A DNA stretch of 64,000 nt from Giardia intestinalis. Taxonomy: Eukaryota. The notes beneath the pieces are model-generated. The model was not told where the DNA came from and did not search any database. It was given only the letters and a program-made list of their open reading frames with translations. This document shows positions 10,064-20,577 of the stretch, piece by piece. Made by a program: the position numbers and the translations under genes. Location: NCBI GenBank assembly GCA_000002435.2, contig CM018790.1; one strand, given 5' to 3'. Positions within the stretch are counted from its first letter, which is position 1, and each line of letters begins with the position of its first letter.

Positions 10064-10358
10064 GTGGATGTGCTACCGGGTGCTTGTAGGTACGATCCAG
10101 AAATCTCACGAATAAATTCTCGCTCCTTTGGCCGTGTCCGGAGACAAAGGTTGGTTGTGGATGATATAACGAGGAGCTCCTCTCTTTTAGTATATCTAAA
10201 ACCTGGCACCTTCCCTGGTCGCTCCGCAGGGGTGTGCTCAGCTGAGTGTGCACACCCGGGAATGCTTGCTCAGTCGGCCTGGGATTCCGCTTACTCACCA
10301 TGTACATCGTCCACCAGTGGCGCCTCTCCTTGGTCTTCCTTCACGGTGGGTGAAGCCC
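10064..10358 (+). repeat. Copy B of the diverged dispersed repeat (same orientation as copy A). It is the leading part of a roughly 950 bp ORF-poor block, 10028-10977
   Basis: See copy A. Copy B carries a roughly 15-nt insertion relative to A. The 3' part (10360-10760) is GC-rich with no credible ORF. Confidence 0.5.
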
Positions 10359-10977
10359 GGGTCGCCGTCTTTTTTAGATGCCCCGTCTGTCAGGGGCTGC
10401 CACCGGGCTCTCCGCTGGCTGGGCCCTCGGTGTCCGTCCGGCTGTGTCCCGGTCCAACTGGTGGGTAGAGGCAGGGGGATTGCTGGGGCAGTGAGGACCG
10501 AGTGGGTGGTGTCCATCTGTGCCCCTGGGCTCTCGGTGGGCCATTGGGGCGGTGGGTGATTCTCGCTCTGTTTGCTGCAGTGGTTGTGTCTGATCTCCAG
10601 CCCGCGCTGCACGAGATATAAGCCAGGCACCGACGATCACACTAGGTCCCTGGTCGTCCCTCTGCAAGAGTAGAGGGGAGCCCCTGTCTGCTGTCACAAC
10701 TACCCCACCCCCAGGCGGGTCCGGCAGCACCACAATGAAATCTTCAGCATGCACATTTTCTGCTCGTGTCATCGTAGTTTAGATTGTGCATATCTTAGTT
10801 ATACTAAACTCTACTTCATCAGCCACTAGAACTAGCATAGCTTGGAGCAGCGCTTATTTACTAACTATACTGATGTGTGCTTTACAGCTACACAGTAATC
10901 CACATAGAATACTAATCCATGTCAAGTTGCAAACTACTAAGGTTAGCGCTCATACTTCTTACGGTCCCTTCATGGCC

Positions 10978-13900
10978 TTAAATATCAGAACTGCCTGTGC
11001 TACACTGCCCAATTGATGTATTGCTACTTGTGACGCCAGAGGCTTTATTGACATGCATTGTGGATGGAACAGTGGATTGTATTGCTAACAGATTTGCCAA
11101 GGGAGCCGATTGGGCTATATCGGAAGCACTATGAGTGGAAGACGTATCTGAAATACTTGAAGGAGCCTTTGCTTCAACCACGTCTGTAGTTATCTTAATA
11201 GTTGATGTCTTTTTCCGTGAGTCTACATGTGATGGTGTAGACGGTGAGCTGGTATTTGATTCCGCTATGGGGTCGTCTAAATTCGCTGGTCTCTGGTCAG
11301 TACTATTGCCAAGAAAGCACAACTTTGGTATTATGGGGTGTGCACTCATTGTTTTCGACTGAAGATCTGTATCATCGTCGTCTTGGTTAACTAAGCGAAT
11401 GCGTGTGATTGGTGTCTTGATACCTGCGGACTCTTTCGGAAGGGACTGCAAATTTAGTGCAGGAATTACTAGAGGGCTCCGTGGAGAAGTGGGGCGCAGC
11501 TGTGGCTTAGCATCGCTACCCGCTGGAGTCCCTGTCGAAGTGCTACTTTCTCCTTTCACAGTGAAATCATTCCATCGCGTCAGTTCGTACTGGATTGATG
11601 CATTTATCCAATGCAGTGGAAGATTGATGCGCCCTATCAAGAGAGTCCTAAGTCTCCGCAAGAAGAGACCCCTGGGGAAGCTGGATTCCTGTTTGCTAAG
11701 AACACACGGGTCCCATGAAATATGGCGCCCATACCGGTAAAGAAAACAATAGTGTGCGGTTAGTAGTTGAATGCGGCACAGATTGAAGCCTTGCATATCC
11801 ACCTCAGGCCGTGTACACTTGCAACAACAGCACATATATTGTGAGGTCCCATGACCGATATCTGGAAAGATAGTAGGCGGGGGGTATGAGTATCTGTACT
11901 CTGGAGTAGAGCCGACTAACGACTCTTGCATGCTGTTAATAGGCTCGTCTGCAGAAAAGTGGAGCGTAGAAAGAGTAGGAGGACGGGCCTGTTGCTGTTG
12001 ATTGGATGGCGTAATTGTGCTGTTATTAGTAACAATACTTGTTGTGCGTAGCTTGCTTAAGGATCCTGTTGTACGAGTTTGGCGTTTATTACGCATTAGT
12101 ATGATATCTGAAGCATTCTGCTGGTCATCTTCATTGTAGGGCTCATAGTAGAAGCTGTTATTCCTACTCACTATACTATGTTCTCCGTGAGGTTCATCAT
12201 CGACATTGTCGTCATCGATAGTTGTGCAAATCGAGTCATCAAAGATGCTTGTAAGACCTCCTACATCCTTTAGCTCTTTGCGGATCTGAGACGCCACAAT
12301 ACAATCCTCCAAAGAGCGTGTAAACATCCTATCCCGATATAAAAAGCGTTGCTCAGCCCCCATATCCTTGAAAATCTCTGGATTCCCTGTTTCAGTCGAG
12401 CTTTCTCGTTCCTTAAGACTGGTCTGCTTCTGGTGTCCTTCTATTCCTGCGAGTATTTTGCCTATAGCTGTTCTATTGTATAACTTGTTCCGCTGGATAT
12501 ACTTGTCATTCAATGCGGAATCAAGGGGCTTCTCCGGTTGCTCATCAACTACGTCTTGCTCTCTTTCAGGCTTAATACTACCAGAGAGATCAACGCTCTT
12601 CTGAGACATAGCGCTACTTATTGAGGCTTCTTTTGCATCCAGTTCTCGTAGTACCGGCGAGCTCGGCTCTGGCCTGGCATGAAATTGTTGTTGTTGTTGT
12701 TGTTGTTGCTGTTGCTGTTGAGGCGATTGATTTGGTGTGGACTTAGTATTCCGCGTGGGAGAAAGCACGCAGCTTTGTGATGTAGCTAGAGTGGAGAACT
12801 GGAAGGCGTTTCCCGGTAAACTACGTGCAGACGGTCTCTGTGAAAACGCCTTTGACTTCACCTGATTATGATCTGCAAGTGGAGCAGAGGTCATACTGAT
12901 ATGTTCAATTTCAGAAATTTCTTGAATATCCAGTTTGATCCCTGAAAGCGTCTTTGTGGACAGAGGAGGGTTGGAGTACAAGGGGTTAGAGAGCGCCTTA
13001 ATCGGAACCGATGCAGACGATTTGTGTTCTGAGAACCCAGCAGTTAATTGATTGAACGGGGAGCTTGCGCGACTGCTTTCTAATGACTCAGTTAAAGAAG
13101 AGCTAGCACTTTGCGCACTAATGTCAGAGTGCTGAAGCATATGCGGTTGACTTTGCACTTCTGCCACGGGAAAAAGAGGCCCAGGCTGGAAACTATTAAT
13201 ATCATCTTTTAGATAGTATTCTACGTCTCTCTCATTGCCCAGGGTCTCTGAGAAAGACCTGGTAAGCATCTGATACCATAGTCGCGTTCCCAATTCATAA
13301 AAGGACGATCCTACCGTTAGCGTAGTTAATCCATCAATTACGTTTTGCAACTGCATTCGCTTAAGCTTTGCAATGATGCTTCTAAGCGTGGGGCACTTTC
13401 TGATGGTGTTGAGGGTCTCCTGATCATCCAAATCGAAAAACGAGTTGGCATTATGGGCGTTTCCGTGAAGCAGACGAAGAGAAAACTCGACAGCATTCTG
13501 GGAGCTCCCAATATAAACATCCAAAGGGGATATCTTTTCAGACCAATCAAAATTATGAATATGGAGAATATTTTTCTCATCGACAAGGGCGTGAAGTACA
13601 TTTTCAAAGGAGTCGGACAGTATGGAGTCAAGGGTGTTCGACTCAGGTCCCTGTGAGCCATTCCCAGCCACACCATACTCTTGTCTCATAGAGGCATAAG
13701 CGTCGAGAAGAGGATGCTCAAAGCGGGCCGTGCTTTTGCTATCCAGTGAGGACACCCGCAAGTCGGGAGCTGAGAGAGAAACCTTGAGCGGTGGCGCAGA
13801 AGAGATTGGAGCCTGTTCGTGGGTTAGACTGCGCTGATATTTCTTGAGAAGCTTCTTGATGTAGTTGAAAATATGCTTACGACGGGGATAGAGGGATGCA

Positions 13901-16900
13901 GCCGACGACGCTTCAGCGACGAATTTCGAAGAATTAATAATCGACAGCAGTTGCTTGCTCCTTGTTCGTTCATTCAAAACAGGCGACGGAAGCCTGTATA
14001 GTAAGCTATCGGGGCTTCCATCATATAGTGATTCTGAGAGTACCCGTTCCAACAACGTTTTGACATGACGTGCCTCGTCCATTAGAGATACCGAGTTGCG
14101 CCTCACATTATCAGTGTGGAAAGTCGGCGAGGCTTTGGAGACCGTTTTCCGGTGTTCAAATATCCGGTCAACCATACAAATACCTGTGGATTTTCTGACC
14201 ACGTGTGCCTGTGCAATCTCAGGCACAGTAATATATACCGACTTATTAAACTCTGTGTCCGACAATAAATCAGATTGCCCTTCAGAGTCGAGACTAAAGG
14301 ACATGTGCCTGTTCAGAACATCACTGCTACTCATTGGACTCTTCGCTCTATTCTTTGAGCACAGCTCTGTTTTTGTTTTAAGCTTTTCTGAAGCGATGAT
14401 GTGGGCATGAGTATTAATCTTCTCCCCACTGGTAAAGTCATCTATGCGGTAACCTGTATGATTGAGCACATCATGTTTGGACTTTCTAAATAGCTTAGAA
14501 GAGAAGAGGGCCAGTGTGTTAGCCAGCAGAGGAATATCGGTGCACGTATAGATCATACTGTTGTCAATGGTGCTTGCAGTGATACACTTGCTATTATTAG
14601 CCAGCACGTATTGTCTGCGGCGCATAATTATCAGCATGTGAAACCGTCGGAGCTGATGGTAGTCTCTCTTCGCTTCTCTCCACAACGCACGGATGTTCCC
14701 AGACTTACTGGTCGCTACGGAGTGTGCGTGAGACAAAACAGAGTGCATCGTCGTTACACTGATGTCCGAAGTCCCCTTTGCCGGAATGCTCATTGGCAGC
14801 TTAAATTGTCTTGGATTGACAGCAGGATGATACATGCATTCAAACAGCGTGTATCTGTGACTTGGAATCTCGTCTAGAAGACCACACAGCAAGTCGGTAA
14901 TCAGCAATCCAAAGGTTCCACAGAGAGCAAAGGCTTCTTGGCTATACCTGTACAGAGGGGTTCGTCTGACCAAGCCTGTGAGTGAATGAAAAAGCATAAC
15001 TCCTGTTTGCCAAGCGTCTGCATGTACAGCTGAAAACAGGGAATGAGCCCTGTGTGGGTCGTGGTCACTACACGTCTGCATAACAGCGCGAGACTCGGGA
15101 GAAAGAATAGTCGGAGTCCCTGTGGAACTGCTAATAAAGTAGGTATTCCTTGGCATAGCCGGAAACGTGTTGATCTGTCTAATAGATGAGAGGTAGGATT
15201 GTAGTGCCTGCCCAACCTTGTTAGTCTCTATCGTCTCCTGAATGAAGTCTTCAATGCGGCTGATAGTGGAGAGAAGCGCAGCGTCTCGTTGTGACAGTGA
15301 GCTATTTGAAGTCTTAATTGAGCAATCAATGGCTGGCACCAACAAGGAGTTGTCAGCAGGGAAATCTGCGTCTAGATGGGTATGACCTTTGCATGTTTTC
15401 TCTGCAAGTCCAGTTCCATCGGGTGTTAAGTCAGTCAATTTCAAGCTCAGCGCGTCAGTGTGAAAAGCTTTTTGGAAGGTTGCCGCATGCGAATCATCGT
15501 CGAGCAAAGGAATGTCTACACAAGGCTCTAAGTTGCCTAAAAAGGCGTCCTTTTGGTCATCCAAGGAAAGAACCAGAGTAAGGCAAGAAGAGTGAAGCGC
15601 TCTTGTCACAGAACTTTTGTCACTAGTACGTGCAATATGAGCCGTATCAATGCTTGCATTGGGCTTTGCAGCAGTAACTGTTGCTTGTCGTAAGCTGAGA
15701 GTAGTATCCTTGCATGAAGAGTTGTTTGGTTTAATACTTATTTTGTCAAAAATAGGCTCCGACATATCAAATGATTGTGTCTCGTAGATTCCAGACATCC
15801 TGCATATCCCTATACTTCCATTAAGGGTGTCCATATCTATTTGTGAGGGCTTCAAAGACTGCTGTGAGTCGTCCAGCTTAGCTGCCTCAGTGCATATGGC
15901 AGTGCCCTCTTTGACTAAGATGTCAGCATTGAAGCTAAAGGCCGACGAAACTAAGTCGGCCTCTCTCCTAGATGAAGCATGCACACAGTCAGAATCCATA
16001 GAGGCTACTACATCATGACCCAACAAAAGGCTGCCTTCGTCTTCTTGTGGTAAAATACGTTGCCGCACAAGGTCATTAAAAAAGCATGTAAAGCTCTTGC
16101 GAAGAAGAGAAAGGTGTCTATTGTATATGCTTTTTAGTGTCTCTAGGACGGTCTGTGCTGTTGGTAGTCTGACCCCCTCTTCCTCGAGGATGATTGCAGT
16201 ATCAAAGTCACTGATCTTTGCACGGTAGGGTGCAGTATCCGAGTCCCCTAACAGATAGTACGTTATATCTGATGACTCTTTTAGTGATTGAAGTCTGTAC
16301 CGAGATCCGCTTGGAAGCAGCAAAGGAGAAAGAACGTTGTCATTGAGGCGAGAGGATATACGTGTAGGCCCTCTGGGCATAACAGTGGGCGGATTGGCGG
16401 CGGTTGGTAGTGCATTTTGTAAAGGAAGCTTCAAAGAAAGTGGGGGTATATTGTACCTATCTTTAGGGTCCCTCCTCAGCGTATTCTCAATTGGGTTGCT
16501 ATGAGATGGATCACTACTCAGAGCAGTACTTGCCAAGGGAGTGCTGGACTGAGATTGTACGGTCCCAACTGCAAAGTCACCTATTGTGCCTGAGGTGCTA
16601 GTAAAGAACAGGTCGGTCGTTCTGGGGACCTTCCGTGGAAGTAGCTTACTTGCAGGAGGTATCGGTGTCTTGAAATTGCTTTGAAGATCGGTGGTGATGA
16701 TGATGTTCTCTAATTTGATATCTTGGTGTACAACGTTGCAGAAGTGCATGTAGCAGAGAGCATCGACAACCTGATAGAAGAGTATCATGATCTTCTTTAG
16801 ATCTGCTGTGCGTACAACCTCCTGGAGGGTCCCCCCGTCACAGTACTCTATTATGAAAACGAAGTTATCATCATAGTTCATGGTGCACCGACCTGTGTTC

Positions 16901-17715
16901 TGATAGCGTGGAGTCAGGTTGGAGTCCAATTGGGAGCTACGGGCCGAGTATTGTTTGAGCTTACTGCCAGCCGATGGCATACGTCTATGGGCAAGCTCCG
17001 ATCCCTGGGTCAATGGTTTAGCAATACCATTAAGAGCCATCGGATTGTGCAAAAGAGGCTGCAAATCGGAGACAAGCTCTGGTTGTAGCATCCCCTTGGC
17101 GTTTGAGAGTTGATCAATAATAGATTGATACTTGCAGGGAAGCTCACATATCAGGTTGACCTGCTGTGCAATAGACAGGATTGTCTGAACCCACGGGGGC
17201 AAGCTTCCCGGTGTTACGGCGTACTGACCGGCAAACGTAGAACCAGGAATTAGGGACTCCATAGAGTTCTCCACAGAGCAAACATCAGCGTAAATAGGGT
17301 GATGCATCACCTCAATGAGGTTAAGAATAGATGGGTGTGCGGTGGTCAAGAAATCCATGACCCGGGAGCAATTCCAAAGGAATTTGTCCGCAGATTCCTG
17401 GGTTAAGAGCTTACGCCTCAGAGAAGTTCGGTTGATCATGCGCATGGCTGCTTTTTGCTCTGTAAGCGGGTTATGGCATAGTCTCACGTTGGCATAGGCA
17501 CCCCGACCGATTGTTCTCTGTATGATCCACTCGTTAATGCACACGTTCCCCTGGGCTGTCGTTGTAACCCAGATCCGATCCTTGACTGGAACTCGAAGCA
17601 GTCCTGGCAGAAATGGAGCAGAGATGCCTGTCAAAAGGTGGAAGACGCCTGTCGCTGACTCTGACGTACTAGATGTGCTGTCAGTACTTGCATGGTTCAC
17701 TTCATGCAAGGCCAT
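10978..17715 (-). CDS. Giant (2245 aa) protein with a split, divergent protein-kinase-like domain near the N-terminus and a long low-complexity region containing polyQ
   Basis: It has a glycine-loop-like IGRGAYANV...AMRMI. About 200 aa later there is HFCNVVHQDIKLENIII (HRD-like catalytic loop) and GDFAVG (DFG-like). The Q13 tract is encoded by a (TTG/CTG)n run at 12685-12723 on the plus strand. Confidence 0.55.
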   Translation of the reverse strand: MALHEVNHASTDSTSSTSESATGVFHLLTGISAPFLPGLLRVPVKDRIWVTTTAQGNVCINEWIIQRTIGRGAYANVRLCHNPLTEQKAAMRMINRTSLRRKLLTQESADKFLWNCSRVMDFLTTAHPSILNLIEVMHHPIYADVCSVENSMESLIPGSTFAGQYAVTPGSLPPWVQTILSIAQQVNLICELPCKYQSIIDQLSNAKGMLQPELVSDLQPLLHNPMALNGIAKPLTQGSELAHRRMPSAGSKLKQYSARSSQLDSNLTPRYQNTGRCTMNYDDNFVFIIEYCDGGTLQEVVRTADLKKIMILFYQVVDALCYMHFCNVVHQDIKLENIIITTDLQSNFKTPIPPASKLLPRKVPRTTDLFFTSTSGTIGDFAVGTVQSQSSTPLASTALSSDPSHSNPIENTLRRDPKDRYNIPPLSLKLPLQNALPTAANPPTVMPRGPTRISSRLNDNVLSPLLLPSGSRYRLQSLKESSDITYYLLGDSDTAPYRAKISDFDTAIILEEEGVRLPTAQTVLETLKSIYNRHLSLLRKSFTCFFNDLVRQRILPQEDEGSLLLGHDVVASMDSDCVHASSRREADLVSSAFSFNADILVKEGTAICTEAAKLDDSQQSLKPSQIDMDTLNGSIGICRMSGIYETQSFDMSEPIFDKISIKPNNSSCKDTTLSLRQATVTAAKPNASIDTAHIARTSDKSSVTRALHSSCLTLVLSLDDQKDAFLGNLEPCVDIPLLDDDSHAATFQKAFHTDALSLKLTDLTPDGTGLAEKTCKGHTHLDADFPADNSLLVPAIDCSIKTSNSSLSQRDAALLSTISRIEDFIQETIETNKVGQALQSYLSSIRQINTFPAMPRNTYFISSSTGTPTILSPESRAVMQTCSDHDPHRAHSLFSAVHADAWQTGVMLFHSLTGLVRRTPLYRYSQEAFALCGTFGLLITDLLCGLLDEIPSHRYTLFECMYHPAVNPRQFKLPMSIPAKGTSDISVTTMHSVLSHAHSVATSKSGNIRALWREAKRDYHQLRRFHMLIIMRRRQYVLANNSKCITASTIDNSMIYTCTDIPLLANTLALFSSKLFRKSKHDVLNHTGYRIDDFTSGEKINTHAHIIASEKLKTKTELCSKNRAKSPMSSSDVLNRHMSFSLDSEGQSDLLSDTEFNKSVYITVPEIAQAHVVRKSTGICMVDRIFEHRKTVSKASPTFHTDNVRRNSVSLMDEARHVKTLLERVLSESLYDGSPDSLLYRLPSPVLNERTRSKQLLSIINSSKFVAEASSAASLYPRRKHIFNYIKKLLKKYQRSLTHEQAPISSAPPLKVSLSAPDLRVSSLDSKSTARFEHPLLDAYASMRQEYGVAGNGSQGPESNTLDSILSDSFENVLHALVDEKNILHIHNFDWSEKISPLDVYIGSSQNAVEFSLRLLHGNAHNANSFFDLDDQETLNTIRKCPTLRSIIAKLKRMQLQNVIDGLTTLTVGSSFYELGTRLWYQMLTRSFSETLGNERDVEYYLKDDINSFQPGPLFPVAEVQSQPHMLQHSDISAQSASSSLTESLESSRASSPFNQLTAGFSEHKSSASVPIKALSNPLYSNPPLSTKTLSGIKLDIQEISEIEHISMTSAPLADHNQVKSKAFSQRPSARSLPGNAFQFSTLATSQSCVLSPTRNTKSTPNQSPQQQQQQQQQQQQFHARPEPSSPVLRELDAKEASISSAMSQKSVDLSGSIKPEREQDVVDEQPEKPLDSALNDKYIQRNKLYNRTAIGKILAGIEGHQKQTSLKERESSTETGNPEIFKDMGAEQRFLYRDRMFTRSLEDCIVASQIRKELKDVGGLTSIFDDSICTTIDDDNVDDEPHGEHSIVSRNNSFYYEPYNEDDQQNASDIILMRNKRQTRTTGSLSKLRTTSIVTNNSTITPSNQQQQARPPTLSTLHFSADEPINSMQESLVGSTPEYRYSYPPPTIFPDIGHGTSQYMCCCCKCTRPEVDMQGFNLCRIQLLTAHYCFLYRYGRHISWDPCVLSKQESSFPRGLFLRRLRTLLIGRINLPLHWINASIQYELTRWNDFTVKGESSTSTGTPAGSDAKPQLRPTSPRSPLVIPALNLQSLPKESAGIKTPITRIRLVNQDDDDTDLQSKTMSAHPIIPKLCFLGNSTDQRPANLDDPIAESNTSSPSTPSHVDSRKKTSTIKITTDVVEAKAPSSISDTSSTHSASDIAQSAPLANLLAIQSTVPSTMHVNKASGVTSSNTSIGQCSTGSSDI

Positions 17716-17869
17716 CCTTACCGCAGTTGGGAGACAAGACCAGACGTACTTTTAAAGGTGTACTTTTAAATTGGACGTCCTCCGTCAGTGAGACGGCAGA
17801 AGCCCAAAGAGCCGAGAGAGGCATTCGCCTAGAATCTCTATCGTCGCCGTTTACTTAAGAGTCTTGTGA

Positions 17870-19357
17870 TTACCAGGAAATGCTCCGATCTCTCCTATTA
17901 ATATTACGGATAACTATCGCATACGCTCGCCGGACACGCTCGTCCTCTTCGGCCTCTGCCATCTTTCTGCAACGCTCAACGAGCTCCCTGGCCTCTCGTT
18001 GATCCTTGAGAACTGCGCATTTATCACAGAAACTTTCAAACTCTTTTTCCTTCTCTCTTGCTAACCTCAATTTGGCAATTTCAGCAAGGGTTTCCGTGGC
18101 CATGCGCTTTGCCTCTGCGCGCTTCTCCTCAGCCAGCATCTTCTCATACTCCGCCTCCCGGACATGCTCAAGATGCTGCTTTTGGTTGTACTCTAAATCG
18201 GCCATCTCTTCGACGGCCTTACGTGCAAACTTGTCTGCCACGTTAAACTCGTTTATCTTCCGTGCTTCATCCTCGAGTTTCTTGTATTTTGCTGCACGTG
18301 CTTGACGCGCCTCCTCCGCACGTACGTTAGTGATATCCTGGCCCTCACACCTGAGCATCGAGTTAATGCGCCGTTCCTCATCTGCCTTAATCTGTTTGGC
18401 CACAGCTAGCTGAGCTATTTCCGTGGCAGCAGCCTTCTTCTCTTTCAAGCTCTTCATCCGGGCCTCATGGATGGCGTGTCGTTCGTCAAGTTTTTGTTGA
18501 ACCATCTGGATCTCTAAGTCGGTAGCCATCTCTTCAAGGGCGCGAATGTTGTCCTGTTTCTTCTTTTCTTCAACCTGCTTGTCAAGGATAGATCTGCATG
18601 TCATATTTCGTCTACGAGTGTCTTCGTACTCTTTTCTATGGAGTTCCTCGTCGAGAGCTTTCAGCCTCCGCATTTCCACAAGTTCATTCTCTCGTTCACG
18701 GCGTTCCTCTTCGCGCTGGTATTGGCCCTTCTGCGTCTGGGCCAAGTTCACCCTATCGACACGCTCTCGTGCGGTCCGCTGTGCCAGTGCCTTCTCAGCA
18801 TTGGCATCCACTTCTTCCTTGTAGAGTCTGTACGCTGTCTCCTTTTCCTGCAGCCCCTCCTGAAGTTCGGCTTGTCGGCGCTCTTCCTTGATGCGCTTAG
18901 TCTCTGCAAGGTCCTTGAGGCAATCTGCCGTTATCTTAGCACTGCGGAACATACGCATGTAGTCATTGTCGAGCTCCTTGTGACGCCGGTACTGCTCCTG
19001 GACAGCGTCAGCCTTTTTCTTCTCGCGCTCGAGCCACGCCTGTTCCAGCTCACGGATCTCTTGCTCCTTTGCCGCTTCTTGATCGGCCATCTTTTGCAGA
19101 CGCGCCTGGCGCTGATCCTCGATCGTATTTTTCCAAGTTTTCGTGCGCTCAGCTCCTATCTGCGCCCTGATAATGTTATTTCGGTTAAAGATTGTGTCAT
19201 CGCGGCCAGAGACAGACTCTGTGGGATAAAGTGGGCCAGCACGGTGCCGAATCATGTTCAGATCGTATTGATCCAAAACGATCGGCTTATTGGATTTGGT
19301 CATGCGTTGTGTGATCTTCGGTTTGGTTGCAAACAGCGTGGTATCGGTGTACGGCAT
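17870..19357 (-). CDS. Highly charged coiled-coil protein (E/R/K-rich)
   Basis: The 495-aa ORF is dominated by ERRERENELVEMRRLKALDEELHRKEYED-type heptads. The divergent intergenic region 19358-19508 is AT-rich. Confidence 0.5.
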   Translation of the reverse strand: MPYTDTTLFATKPKITQRMTKSNKPIVLDQYDLNMIRHRAGPLYPTESVSGRDDTIFNRNNIIRAQIGAERTKTWKNTIEDQRQARLQKMADQEAAKEQEIRELEQAWLEREKKKADAVQEQYRRHKELDNDYMRMFRSAKITADCLKDLAETKRIKEERRQAELQEGLQEKETAYRLYKEEVDANAEKALAQRTARERVDRVNLAQTQKGQYQREEERRERENELVEMRRLKALDEELHRKEYEDTRRRNMTCRSILDKQVEEKKKQDNIRALEEMATDLEIQMVQQKLDERHAIHEARMKSLKEKKAAATEIAQLAVAKQIKADEERRINSMLRCEGQDITNVRAEEARQARAAKYKKLEDEARKINEFNVADKFARKAVEEMADLEYNQKQHLEHVREAEYEKMLAEEKRAEAKRMATETLAEIAKLRLAREKEKEFESFCDKCAVLKDQREARELVERCRKMAEAEEDERVRRAYAIVIRNINRRDRSISW

Positions 19358-19508
19358 GGCGACAACAACTGCTATGGAGAATTTGTAATTTATGTTTTGT
19401 AAATAAAATTGCTAAAGATTAATTAGGACTTTTAAATTAAATTGCATATAAACTAGCACTTTAAAAGATGGCAAAAAGTTAGCACGCTCTGGGATACAGG
19501 GTTGACAG

Positions 19509-20468
19509 ATGTTCAAAAACAGGAAAACGAAAAAGGGGAAGGCAGACGAGGTGCTTGAATATGAGGGAGCGACGTCACTTGAGTCTAACCCCGTGGAAGA
19601 TTACGATGACCGTGAGGACTCGAAGGACCAGGACTCTCCTACTGCGGGAAGACACGGCAATCCAGGCCCTATGAGCCTCAGAGAGATCGACGACGCAGGC
19701 TACAATATCCCCCTTCCGCCAGAGCCGGACCACGTTGATCCGTCCATCAAGAAAATGAAAAAGGGACTCGCTAAGATGTCGGAAAAGGAGCTCTTCAACC
19801 TCTTTCACGCATTCCAGCCTGTTGAGCTGAGCCTCGAGACTATATACGTTCCCTTTCTTCCAGACTATACTCCGTCCATCGGTGACGTGGATCCATTTAT
19901 CAAGGTGCCCCGGCCCGACAACAAGGTAGAGGCACTGGGGCTTGTTGTCTTGGATGACCCATGCATCAATCAGTCAGATCCAACAGTCTTAGGGCTTCAA
20001 TTGAAAGACACGACCAAGGCGGTTAATCTGGACCTAGAGGTTGATCTAGGAGCTAGCGGAGGAGACACAAACAATGATCTCCATGTGCGCAAGGATGTGA
20101 TCAAAATGGTTCCTTCTGCAGACGACCCAGTCAAACAAGTTACTAACACAAAACAAAATGTTAATTCATGGATCCAAAAGATAGACGAGCTGCACGACAA
20201 AATAGGCCACAACGCTGAATATGCATATTCCCTGCCTATCCCGGACACAATAATGAACCTTTGGGAGCCCCAATTCATTGAGTTGCTAGAGAAAGTGGAC
20301 CTACCAACTGCCAACATAGAGCTATCTACAGAAGAGTACGCCCGGTTGGTGTGCGCGCTTCTCGATATACCCGTGGGGGAGAGTCTCATCGAGTCTCTTC
20401 ACATGCTGTTTATAAATTATCTGGACGTTCAAGATAATTTGAAGTTAGCACAGCACGGTATCCTATAA
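19509..20468 (+). CDS. IFT46: Intraflagellar transport protein 46 (IFT complex B)
   Basis: The conserved core VPFLPDYTPSIGDVDPFIKVPRPDNKVEALGLVVLDDPCINQSDPTVLGLQLK matches the Chlamydomonas IFT46 block (KPFIPDYIPAVGGIDEFIKVPRPD...SDPTVLTLQL) as I remember it. ARLVCALLDIPV...ESLHMLF also matches. A candidate AGTAAAC polyA signal lies at 20513-20519. Confidence 0.7.
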   Translation: MFKNRKTKKGKADEVLEYEGATSLESNPVEDYDDREDSKDQDSPTAGRHGNPGPMSLREIDDAGYNIPLPPEPDHVDPSIKKMKKGLAKMSEKELFNLFHAFQPVELSLETIYVPFLPDYTPSIGDVDPFIKVPRPDNKVEALGLVVLDDPCINQSDPTVLGLQLKDTTKAVNLDLEVDLGASGGDTNNDLHVRKDVIKMVPSADDPVKQVTNTKQNVNSWIQKIDELHDKIGHNAEYAYSLPIPDTIMNLWEPQFIELLEKVDLPTANIELSTEEYARLVCALLDIPVGESLIESLHMLFINYLDVQDNLKLAQHGIL

Positions 20469-20577
20469 CAAGCGTCCTTGTGGCATCGCTGCCTCTTCTT
20501 CAGCGTATAGACAGTAAACACCTTGCATATTATGGTCGATTACTCAATGTTCAGCACGCCGATATGAGCAAAAAACA

